Source: an uncultured Bacteroidales bacterium (lineage in GTDB: Bacteria > Bacteroidota > Bacteroidia > Bacteroidales > Bacteroidaceae). From it: a DNA stretch of 64,000 nt. Every line of letters begins with the position of its first letter. Positions within the stretch are counted from its first letter, which is position 1. Both the position numbers and the translations under genes were made by a program. The notes under the pieces were generated by a model. It was not told the origin of the DNA, did not search any database, and saw only the letters and a program-made list of their open reading frames with translations. The stretch spans positions 6,706-70,705 of the forward strand of contig CALCEC010000081.1 in assembly GCA_937900095.1 (NCBI GenBank), given 5' to 3'. Shown here piece by piece: positions 21,179 through 29,302 of the stretch.

Positions 21179-21334
21179 TTGATTTTATATATTTGGATAT
21201 TTATACATGGTTTATTCATTTTTTGTGATTAGTGTACCAATGGTTTTAGTTGTATAAAAAGTGTTGATTGTTGAAAACATAGGCTTTTTTGTGTTATTTT
21301 TTTTATTATTGTTGTTTTTTAATATTTAAATAGA

Positions 21335-21342
21335 TATATTTG
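21335..21342 (+). promoter_or_regulatory. orphan -7 box (TAtaTTTG)
   Basis: Consensus TAnnTTTG in the AT-rich gap, about 80 nt upstream of the orphan hairpin. No ORF follows it. Confidence 0.3.
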
Positions 21343-21420
21343 CCCATGCTTTATTAAAGGCACAATGATAGTATAGTTTTTTCTTAGTTGTTTAGTAAAT
21401 GTTGGGAGTATCTCTTTGTG

Positions 21421-21464
21421 AAAAGGGGTACTTCTTTTTTTTGCAAAAAAGAAGTACCCCTTTT
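21421..21464. terminator. perfect 20-bp stem-loop (orphan terminator-like)
   Basis: aaaaggggtacttctttttt / aaaaaagaagtacccctttt with a 4-nt loop. Lies 243 nt downstream of the MFS stop. Confidence 0.6.
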
Positions 21465-21737
21465 CAAACTGAAATGCGAAAACGGAAAATTGAAATATGA
21501 AAGTGAAGGAGTCGTTACTTTCGCTATGAGATGAGCTGTTTTATGCTTTATATGCTTTGCTGTTTCTTGCTCCTCATGTTAAAGCAAATGTCTGTACTTG
21601 AACTGTTTGATAAAAACTTTTTGGAAAATAGTGCAAAAGTTTAAATGAATGTTGTAAATTTGTGGAATTGGGTGGTTTTGTTCCGATTAGGACAAAAAAT
21701 GCGATGTTATGGACACTGTATTTGTTGTGGAGTGGAA

Positions 21738-21745
21738 TATATTTG
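21738..21745 (+). promoter_or_regulatory. -7 box (TAtaTTTG) upstream of the V-ATPase E gene
   Basis: tatatttg lies about 80 nt upstream of ATG 21824. Confidence 0.35.
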
Positions 21746-21823
21746 CAATGTGAAGCTGTGTATGTATGTAACGTGAAGCAATACTGCCTTTAACCAAGGA
21801 AACAGTAATATACAATTTATAAT

Positions 21824-22414
21824 ATGGAAAATAAGATTCAGGAATTGACCGAGAAGATCTATGCCGAGGGCGTAGAGAAAGGTAATGTGGAGGCTGCGCG
21901 CATTGTCGAGGAGGCAAAGGTGAAGGCTGCCGACATCGTGAATAATGCCAAGGCTGAGGCAGAGGCTATTGTTGCTGCTGCAGAGAAGAAGGCTGCGGAA
22001 CTTGAGGAGCACAGCCGTTCCGAGATTAAGCTCTATGGAGTGCAGGCTGTGAGCGCCATCAAGACCGAGGCTGCCAACATCGTTACCGACAGTGTTACGA
22101 AGGCTGCCGTAAAGGAGGCTCTTGCCGGTGATGTCCTCAAGGCTCTCCTGGTTAAGATTGCCGAGCGTTGGAGTGCCGATGAGCAGTTGGTAATCTCTAC
22201 ATCGGAGGCTGACGAGCTCAAGGCTTATTTCGCAAAGAATGCAAAGGCTCTTCTCGATAAGGGTGTTACAATAGAGCAGGTGAACGGCAAGAAGGCGCAG
22301 TTCTCTATTGCTCCTGCCGACGGCTCTTATAAGGTTAATTTCGGTGAGGGTGAGTTCGAGGCTTTCTTCAAGGCTTTCCTCCGTCCTCAGATGGTAGAAC
22401 TTCTATTCTCTTAA
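21824..22414 (+). CDS. atpE: V-type ATP synthase subunit E
   Basis: N-terminal Ala/Glu/Lys-rich coiled coil. C-terminal GSYKVNFGEGEFEAFFKAFLRPQMVELLF matches my recollection of Bacteroidales V-ATPase E. Confidence 0.75.
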   Translation: MENKIQELTEKIYAEGVEKGNVEAARIVEEAKVKAADIVNNAKAEAEAIVAAAEKKAAELEEHSRSEIKLYGVQAVSAIKTEAANIVTDSVTKAAVKEALAGDVLKALLVKIAERWSADEQLVISTSEADELKAYFAKNAKALLDKGVTIEQVNGKKAQFSIAPADGSYKVNFGEGEFEAFFKAFLRPQMVELLFS

Positions 22415-22417
22415 GCG

Positions 22418-23239
22418 ATGAGCAATTATTATTGCCTTGTTGCGGGGCTGCCCGACCTTCTCTTCGACGGTTCGAAGTGCGACTACTCGGTAGAGCGCTT
22501 CAAGGAGGAGATATATGCATCGCTCACTCCTGAGGATGCACGTGTCGTGGATCTCATTCTTCTTGAGTGGGACAACGCGAACATTCTCTCTATCCTGCGT
22601 CATGGCGAAGAGGCTGTGCTGCAACGTACGGGATGTTTCAGCCGCGAGGAACTCTTCTCCATTGTGGAGTCGGCCAAATGCGGTTATTCTGATATGCCCG
22701 GTGTCCCTGAATATATTAACAGCTTTGTGGAGTATTATCTTGCCCACGAGGCGCAGGGGAATATCCTGTGGGAGAATCTGCTTAGCACATACTATTATGA
22801 CTATGCCTTGAGCTGTTCCAATGCCTTTGCGGCGGAGTGGTTCGAGTACAATCTGAATGTGAACAACATCCTTGTGGCCATGACTGCAAGGAAGTATAAA
22901 CTGAAGGTTGACGATGCTGTAATAGGTGACAATGACGTGGCGGATGCCCTGCGTACATCGGGTGCACGTGACTTCGGTCTCTCGGGAATGCTTGACTATC
23001 TCGAGGATATCCAGCGTCTGAACGAGAATCCGCGCCTGCAGGAGCGTGAGCACCTGCTTGACGAGATGCGTTGGCGTTGGCTCGAAGACAACTCGGCACT
23101 ATGCCACTTCTCGGTGGAGAGGCTTTTCGTCTTCCTGCAGAGACTTGTGATTGTGGAGCGCTGGGCCGGTCTTGACGCCGAGAGCGGAATGGAGCGTTAT
23201 CAGGAGATGATTGCCGACCTGAAGAAAGGTATGGACTGA
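22418..23239 (+). CDS. DUF2764 protein (V-ATPase operon-associated, subunit C-like)
   Basis: N-terminal YYCLVAGLPDL is typical of DUF2764. Lies 3 nt after the E gene. Confidence 0.7.
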   Translation: MSNYYCLVAGLPDLLFDGSKCDYSVERFKEEIYASLTPEDARVVDLILLEWDNANILSILRHGEEAVLQRTGCFSREELFSIVESAKCGYSDMPGVPEYINSFVEYYLAHEAQGNILWENLLSTYYYDYALSCSNAFAAEWFEYNLNVNNILVAMTARKYKLKVDDAVIGDNDVADALRTSGARDFGLSGMLDYLEDIQRLNENPRLQEREHLLDEMRWRWLEDNSALCHFSVERLFVFLQRLVIVERWAGLDAESGMERYQEMIADLKKGMD

Positions 23240-23275
23240 TCCGTCTCCTTACGGATATTGAAAGAATAAATAATA

Positions 23276-23466
23276 AGAAGCTGTTTAAATTTATATCGTT
23301 AAGTTTTTTATAGGTCAAAAATAGAATGTTTTGTTGTTTTTTGAGGGCGCGTAGCGGGCTACGTAACCGAGAAAAAGAGGAAAACAGGCATTTTTGAACA
23401 TAAAAGACAACGAAATGGCGGCTTCCTATATAATAAAACTTTTTTTTAGAAATTTAAACAGCTTCT
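23276..23466. repeat. imperfect 190-bp palindrome with perfect 17-bp terminal inverted repeats
   Basis: agaagctgtttaaattt (23276-23292) against aaatttaaacagcttct (23450-23466). The inner arms also pair imperfectly around the centre cgtagc-gg-gctacg. Confidence 0.8.
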
Positions 23467-23478
23467 AATATTATAATT

Positions 23479-24423
23479 ATGATCAAAAGTAGAGTATGCG
23501 AGATTCTCGGGATTGAATATCCGATATTTCAAGGCGGAATGGCCTGGGTAGCCGATGCGGAACTTGCCGCAGCAGTATCAAATGCCGGCGGATTGGGCCT
23601 TATATCGGCCATCAATGCAGGAACAGAGGCCGTAAGGAACGAAATCCGCAAGTGCAAGACCCTTACCGACAAGCCTTTCGGTGTAAACATCATGCTCCAG
23701 GCTCCCAACGCAGCAGAGATTGCCGAGATGATTGTTGAAGAGGGTGTGAAGATTGTCACAACAGGTGCCGGTTCACCAGCAAAATACCTGCCCATGTGGA
23801 AAGAGAACGGGATAAAGGTCGTTCCAGTCATCGCATGCGTTGCCCATGCCATCAAGATGCAGGCTGCAGGTGTTGACGCAATTGTTGCCGAGGGGGCAGA
23901 GTCAGGCGGTCACGTGGGCGAGCTGCACACAATGCCGCTGATACCACAGATTGTTGACGCCGTGGACATCCCAGTGATTGCAGCCGGCGGTATATGCGAC
24001 GGCCGCGGTGCAGCAGCAGCGTTCATGCTCGGCGCCGAGGGCGTACAGGTGGGAACACGTTTCCTCTCTGCAACAGAGTGCAACGTGCACGAGAGCTATA
24101 AGGATAAAATCCTCAAGGCAACCGACATATCTACAATAGTCACCGGCAAGACATTGGGCCACCCCGTACGTTCGCTCAAGACACCGTTCTCAAGAACATT
24201 CGCAAAGATGGAGAGCGACCCCAATGTAACACCCGAGGAGGTTCTTGCATTCGGTGGCGGTGCGCTCCGCAAGGCAGTGCAGGAGGGTGACATCGACGGC
24301 AGTTACATGGCAGGCGAGTGCGCAGGTATGGTAAAGCAGATAGAACCTGCAGCAGCAATCATTGAGGACATCATCCTTGGTGCCGAAAAGGTCATGAAGG
24401 AAAGAATGGGAATGTTGTGCTGA
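23479..24423 (+). CDS. fabK: NAD(P)H-dependent flavin oxidoreductase of the nitronate monooxygenase/enoyl-ACP reductase II family
   Basis: FQGGMAWV, VTTGAGSP and AEGAESGGHVG motifs. The FabK versus NMO assignment is not resolved. Confidence 0.75.
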   Translation: MIKSRVCEILGIEYPIFQGGMAWVADAELAAAVSNAGGLGLISAINAGTEAVRNEIRKCKTLTDKPFGVNIMLQAPNAAEIAEMIVEEGVKIVTTGAGSPAKYLPMWKENGIKVVPVIACVAHAIKMQAAGVDAIVAEGAESGGHVGELHTMPLIPQIVDAVDIPVIAAGGICDGRGAAAAFMLGAEGVQVGTRFLSATECNVHESYKDKILKATDISTIVTGKTLGHPVRSLKTPFSRTFAKMESDPNVTPEEVLAFGGGALRKAVQEGDIDGSYMAGECAGMVKQIEPAAAIIEDIILGAEKVMKERMGMLC

Positions 24424-24475
24424 CAAGCGGCATACATTGACATAAGGAATAAATGGAGGGCAAACCCCGAAAGCC

Positions 24476-24597
24476 CTTTTTAACAGAACAATCCCCGTTA
24501 GAGCATCTTTTCTAACGGGGATTGCCTTATCAGCTATTGTGTTCCGCTTCAATCTCCTCGGGAGACATAGGCCTATGCTCGCCGAGTCTGCACGCTG
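24476..24597. repeat. copy A of the duplicated pepP 3' end plus terminator (relic)
   Basis: Near-identical to 27759-27880 over the first ~95 bp. The reverse strand reads RLGEHRPMSPEEIEAEHNS*, against the pepP C-terminus RLGKYKPMSPEEIEEVRNS*. Confidence 0.85.
24489..24524. terminator. stem-loop (copy A)
   Basis: caatccccgttaga / tctaacggggattg with an 8-nt loop, 66 nt after the fabK-like stop. Confidence 0.65.
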
Positions 24598-24656
24598 CGT
24601 TTTAAATCCCTTTGTAGGGAGATCTGAGTCACAGAAAGTCTTCAAATACATCCTGA

Positions 24657-25454
24657 TTATTTTTGAGTTTGACGAAGTAAATACCATACTGATGTAGTAT
24701 AGAAGTTGCGTAGATATGGAATACTGGCAAAGAAAGTCCATTGACGGCGAGGACTTATGTGAAACTTTTGTTTGTAGTGTGGGTTGATGAGCCAAAGGGT
24801 GCTCTTGCAAATGTTATAACCGACCTCGGAAACTAATTGCTCAAAGCCCTCTACAGTCATCCGCGAGACTCGTATGCTCATCAATTCGTCAATTTTACTT
24901 GTCGTGGCTCCGCTTGTCTTCAACAGGACTTTGTAGAGCGGCTTTGGCAGCAGATGAATGAAAGGAAGTTTGGAGGCCGGACCAACGCTTATTTGCTGAT
25001 GACCGCCAAATGGGTTTTGCCAGGCAGGAAAACCAAAGAAAGCGATGCCATCTTGTTTGAAGAAGTGTTTGATGTGAAGAAGAAAATCTCGTTTGTTGGA
25101 TGGTTCAATGTGCTCTATCACATCATGAACAAGTATGAGGTCGTAGCGTTCATCCTCCGTCTTAGGCTCTTCTGTAAGGAGAAAATCTTGACAAATAAAC
25201 GTGCCTTGCTGATGGCATTCTGTGAAGAAAGTCTGTGCTTCAATGATTCGACTTTGACAGATGTCTATTCCAGTCACTTGACAACCCTTTTCTGCGAAGG
25301 GAAGCAGATTGCCGCCCTCGCCACAGCCAATTTCCAACACACGGGTGTCTGGCGTTAGCTTGATATATGTATTTAGATATTCCATGTAGAATGTCCGGGC
25401 TGTGTTTGCCAATTCGCAGAAGTATTGTCTACGGTTCAAATGTCGCTGCTGCAT
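24657..25454 (-). CDS. class I SAM-dependent methyltransferase
   Basis: Motif I VLEIGCGEGGNLLPF and LILVHDVIEHI. Start set at ATG 25454 (MQQRHLNRRQYF). Confidence 0.75.
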   Translation of the reverse strand: MQQRHLNRRQYFCELANTARTFYMEYLNTYIKLTPDTRVLEIGCGEGGNLLPFAEKGCQVTGIDICQSRIIEAQTFFTECHQQGTFICQDFLLTEEPKTEDERYDLILVHDVIEHIEPSNKRDFLLHIKHFFKQDGIAFFGFPAWQNPFGGHQQISVGPASKLPFIHLLPKPLYKVLLKTSGATTSKIDELMSIRVSRMTVEGFEQLVSEVGYNICKSTLWLINPHYKQKFHISPRRQWTFFASIPYLRNFYTTSVWYLLRQTQK

Positions 25455-25531
25455 CGTATTTTCTTGTTTTGGTTTTCTATAGGGATAGATACCACAAGCG
25501 GGGAAAAGACTGCATGATTTCGGAAGGTAAA

Positions 25532-27217
25532 TTACCATGTGATGCGGATTCCTATTGGCAAGGAGAATGTGAATGGGTGTTCTGTGCGGTAGGTCTCGAT
25601 GTTGCTGTCCGTCGGGATGTAGTATTGCAGACTTGGCTCTGCAAAGAAGCCAATGTTAGGCATAAGGATATATTGTAAGCCAAGACCAGCACCTATCGAC
25701 CACTGCAACGGAGCATGAAGAATGGACTTCTCTTCCAGTTCTTTCATTCCATTAACTAAATAGCTTTTACTGAGTTGAGCATTAACAGGTATCTCCAACT
25801 TCGCGCCAAGACTTCCGTATAGGTTCCAACTTCTTACATTAATTATATTATAAGTACCCTTCAGAGGTATGCCAAGGTAATGGATAGCCTGCTCCTCACG
25901 GATGGCGTTCCCATCTGTGCCTATCTCGGATTCTGACTTTAGACGGCTATAACTCAATCCTGTCTCTAAACCAAAGTGGTTATTCAGTTTGTACTTCAAT
26001 GCCAACGAGAAGGTGATGGGCATATAGTGATGAGTCGTGCGTTCTATCTTGTCCGCATCGGGCCGTGCTGCGTTGTTTTGGGCTATCTTCAGCAAGATTT
26101 GGTACGTCTTATAGTCGATGTCAAGGGTTCCGCTCTGTAATGCCTCGGCATAGTCGTTCCATTTGTCGAAGAAGCGGATAGGTGGAACTTCGCTTGTTTC
26201 ATCCGTCATCTCCGTTTCTGTGAAAATAAATGGACGGTTAGCATTCTGTTCACCCATACTACCTATGTATGCTAGATCTACAGACCACTTCTGCCTATCC
26301 TTAATCTCTGTGGACTTTTCCGGAAACAGGTCTGCTATATTTAGATCTTTGTCTGGGCGCAAGTCGGGCAGTGACTTGTTGTTGTGTAAGATGGTCGTCG
26401 TGTCGGTACTCTCTTTTTCTTCGTCAGTATAATGGAGCGTATCAGCAGAAGCAAGACTATCTACAGGAACATCTTTGACAGGAGCAAAGGCTATTTGCTG
26501 TATAGCAATCGTTGGAATTGCTGGAGTTCTTTGCTCGATTGTCGGACTTCCTTCATCATCATGCTTTGTATCAGGCATAGTCTGTTCTTGTTTTGTTACT
26601 ATAGGTTGCGGCACGTCAGTGGCCTTTCTCGTTTTGTAAAGATATATGGCCAAAGGCAACAGAAGTGGCATGAGCCACAACAGCCAATACTTTGCAAGTG
26701 TCTTCTGCAACATTTTCTTTGCCCTTGACAGTTGTGACGATGAAGAATGGGCAGCAATTCCAAGGATTTCGGCGATTTCCTTATGCGACATTCCTTGAAT
26801 GACTGCCAACTTGAACACCTGTCCATAGCCGTTGGGCAGCGCATCTACAGCCGTCATCAGTTCTTCCATAGTTGGTAACGGCTTGTCATCTGTTGGAATA
26901 GATTCTTGTGGAAGTTCTTCTTCTGAGAGAGTGGAAAGCGAAAGCATTGCGGGATCGTGATGCCGCTGCATATAGCGTCGGGCAACATTGGTTGTAATAC
27001 TTGTCAGCCATGCCTCAAAACGTTGTGGATTATGCAGTTGGTCCATCTTGGCAAAGGCCAGCAGAAATGCATCATGTGCTAATTCCTCCGCTACTTGACG
27101 ATTGCCCACGATGCGTTGGCATATCCCCGTCATACGTCGGTGATACGCCCTATATAGGCTTCCAAGAGCAATCTCATCGCCCTGTCGCCCTTGCTCTATG
27201 AGTTGTTCTATGTCCAT
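25532..27217 (-). CDS. ECF sigma-70 factor fused to a TM helix, linker and C-terminal outer-membrane-type beta-barrel domain
   Basis: Region 2 (VAEELAHDAFLLAF...FEAWLTSITTNVA) and region 4 (YGQVFKLAVIQGMSHKEIAEILGIAAHSSSSQLSRAKKML). TM helix YWLLWLMPLLLPLAIYLY. About 190 aa of low-complexity linker. The last ~170 aa show an alternating beta pattern and end IGIRITW. Start set at ATG 27217. Confidence 0.75.
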   Translation of the reverse strand: MDIEQLIEQGRQGDEIALGSLYRAYHRRMTGICQRIVGNRQVAEELAHDAFLLAFAKMDQLHNPQRFEAWLTSITTNVARRYMQRHHDPAMLSLSTLSEEELPQESIPTDDKPLPTMEELMTAVDALPNGYGQVFKLAVIQGMSHKEIAEILGIAAHSSSSQLSRAKKMLQKTLAKYWLLWLMPLLLPLAIYLYKTRKATDVPQPIVTKQEQTMPDTKHDDEGSPTIEQRTPAIPTIAIQQIAFAPVKDVPVDSLASADTLHYTDEEKESTDTTTILHNNKSLPDLRPDKDLNIADLFPEKSTEIKDRQKWSVDLAYIGSMGEQNANRPFIFTETEMTDETSEVPPIRFFDKWNDYAEALQSGTLDIDYKTYQILLKIAQNNAARPDADKIERTTHHYMPITFSLALKYKLNNHFGLETGLSYSRLKSESEIGTDGNAIREEQAIHYLGIPLKGTYNIINVRSWNLYGSLGAKLEIPVNAQLSKSYLVNGMKELEEKSILHAPLQWSIGAGLGLQYILMPNIGFFAEPSLQYYIPTDSNIETYRTEHPFTFSLPIGIRITW

Positions 27218-27287
27218 TGAAAAGACTCTGCTTCTACTGACATAGATGCAACTTTCCCAAAAAGACTGCATGGTAATTGCAACTTTT

Positions 27288-27660
27288 TTACCTAATGGGC
27301 ATACTACAAGAATCTATACATGCAAAATGGTAGATTCTTGTTGATGACGGCGAGGAAATGCCAACGTTCAGTAACGTATGCTTTAGTTTTTTCTTGCGAA
27401 TAGCAGAAATAATTTGGTTGGCAACTTTATCAACGGGCATCACCCAAAACAGACCTTCGCCTTTTGCCATAGCCGTATCAACGAGACCAGGACGAATATC
27501 AGTAACTATTATCCGACCACCACTATTGAAAGCTTTTTACGTAAAGCTTCCATATAGTTGATTTGATAAGCTTTTGTCGCACTATAGGCAGGTGCCATAG
27601 GTTCCTCGCGTAGTCCGCCAGCCGCGAGTTGTAATATTGACGGTGCCGGTGTTTTTGGAG
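27288..27660 (-). pseudogene. short-chain dehydrogenase/reductase relic (5'-truncated, frameshifted)
   Basis: The reverse strand reads ...AGGLREEPMAPAYSATKAYQINYMEALRKK, which includes the YxxxK motif. It then shifts frame in an A-run to ...AFNSGGRIIVTDIRPGLVDTAMAKGEGLFWVMPVDKVANQIISAIRKKK. There is no Rossmann N-terminus and a stop lies upstream. Confidence 0.65.
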
Positions 27661-27758
27661 TTACTTCTGCTGGAAAGTTCTATAGAAAGCTCAATGGTGA
27701 AATAGTGTGGAGAATTAAAACAATACATAAAGTAAACTTTCACGCTCTTGCACATCAA

Positions 27759-27880
27759 CTTTTTAACAGAACAATCCCCGTTAGAGCATCTTTTCTAACG
27801 GGGATTGCCTTATCAGCTATTGCGCACCTCTTCAATCTCCTCGGGTGACATCGGCTTGTACTTGCCCAAGCGGCGTGCAC
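27759..27880. repeat. copy B of the duplicated segment (functional pepP 3' end plus terminator)
   Basis: See copy A. The offset between the copies is 3283 bp. Confidence 0.85.
27772..27807. terminator. stem-loop (copy B), pepP terminator
   Basis: Same 14-bp stem as copy A, immediately after the pepP stop. Confidence 0.7.
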
Positions 27881-29204
27881 CGCCCTCGAATACAAGATAA
27901 TCCTCCTCGCCGCGCATACCGCCGAAGTTCTTCCAGGCATCGAGCTTGTCATAACAGATGAAGTCGGTGAACTGCTTCTCGGCACGCCATTTGTCGATGA
28001 GGTCCGGGATAAAGTAGATACCGGGCTCTACAGTGAACACAAAACCGGGCTCAAGAGCCTTTGCAAGGCGCAATGATTTCCAGCCGAAGAGAGGGCTCTT
28101 TGTGCGGCCGTCCTCGTAACCCACATTCACCTCGCCAAGGTTCTCCATGTCATGGACATCGAGACCCATCATGTGACCGAGGCCGTGAGGCATGAACATA
28201 CAGGTGGCACCCTTAACAGTAGCCTCAACAGGGTCGCCCTTCATGAGACCGAGGTCAATCATGCCCTTTGCAATCTCTGTGAGCACGAGCTTATGAACCT
28301 CGCGATACTCGATACCCGGGCGCAGATTGTTCACAGCGGTAAGGTGTGCACGGCGCAGGATATTGCATACAGTGCGTTGCTGCTCGGTAAAGTGTGTACC
28401 CACAGGCATTGTCGTGGTGAGATCACCGGCATAGTGCATGGCATTCTCGCAACCGCTGTCAAGCAACAGCATCTGACCCTCCTTTAGAGGCGCAGTGCCG
28501 TATGCGTGGTTGTGCAGTGTCTGGCCGTTGACGGTAGCGATGATAGGGAACGAGAGGCCGAAGTTATGCTTCTGCGCCTCGGCCTGCACAACGGCAACAA
28601 TCTCTGCCTCTGTTGTACCCGGACGTACGGCACGCATGGCAGCACAGTGCATATCTACAGAGACGTTCACTGCCTCCTCAATCTGTGCAATCTCCTCCTC
28701 GCTCTTGAAGTTACGCTGTGCAATGACAGCCTTGATGAACTTGAGCGAAGCCTTTGCCTCCTGCTCGGCAGGGTTGATGCCCAGCAGCTCCTGCAACCAC
28801 ACCTGGTGCTCGCCACGGTAAGGAGGCAGGAAGTGGATTTCCTGGCCCTTCGCCTGCGCGTTCTTTACATATGCAGCGAACTCGGCGAACGGACGTGTCT
28901 CCTCAATGCCAACGCGCTCGCTCTTCTCCTTGATGGTAGGCTGTACGCCGGTCCACACGATAGAGTCGATTGTGAGCTCGTCACCGAAGATTATTTCCTT
29001 GTCGTTGTCAACATCAATCACCGCTGCAAGACCCTCATAGTCCGATGCAAAGTAATACAGGAATGTGGAGTCCTGACGGAAATGATAGGCATTGTCAAGA
29101 TAGTTCATACCTGTGAAGTTGTTGCCCAGGAAGAGCAACAATCCACTACCCATTCTCTCTTTCAGTACCTTACGGCGCTGGATATAAGTCTCTTTTGAAA
29201 ACAT
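27813..29204 (-). CDS. pepP: Xaa-Pro aminopeptidase (M24B)
   Basis: M24 metal-ligand regions HGLGHMMGLDVHD, VFTVEPGIY and GGMRGEED. Confidence 0.9.
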   Translation of the reverse strand: MFSKETYIQRRKVLKERMGSGLLLFLGNNFTGMNYLDNAYHFRQDSTFLYYFASDYEGLAAVIDVDNDKEIIFGDELTIDSIVWTGVQPTIKEKSERVGIEETRPFAEFAAYVKNAQAKGQEIHFLPPYRGEHQVWLQELLGINPAEQEAKASLKFIKAVIAQRNFKSEEEIAQIEEAVNVSVDMHCAAMRAVRPGTTEAEIVAVVQAEAQKHNFGLSFPIIATVNGQTLHNHAYGTAPLKEGQMLLLDSGCENAMHYAGDLTTTMPVGTHFTEQQRTVCNILRRAHLTAVNNLRPGIEYREVHKLVLTEIAKGMIDLGLMKGDPVEATVKGATCMFMPHGLGHMMGLDVHDMENLGEVNVGYEDGRTKSPLFGWKSLRLAKALEPGFVFTVEPGIYFIPDLIDKWRAEKQFTDFICYDKLDAWKNFGGMRGEEDYLVFEGGARRLGKYKPMSPEEIEEVRNS

Positions 29205-29302
29205 AATGGTTATAATTATAAGTTATTGTTCAAAATTTTTCTAAAAATATTATCTTAACATGAATCTGATACAACAATCCATACAGATATCTATCCATTT
29301 AT

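Noticed and set aside
22403-23053. 216-aa ORF on the - strand
   Set aside because: Antisense to the DUF2764 gene, with no motif support.
24190-24810. 206-aa ORF on the - strand spanning the fabK end and the cassette edge
   Set aside because: It runs antisense through fabK and through the terminator hairpin and pepP relic. It is an artefact of the duplicated sequence.
28506-29198. 230-aa ORF on the + strand
   Set aside because: Antisense to pepP (M24B motifs are present on the - strand).
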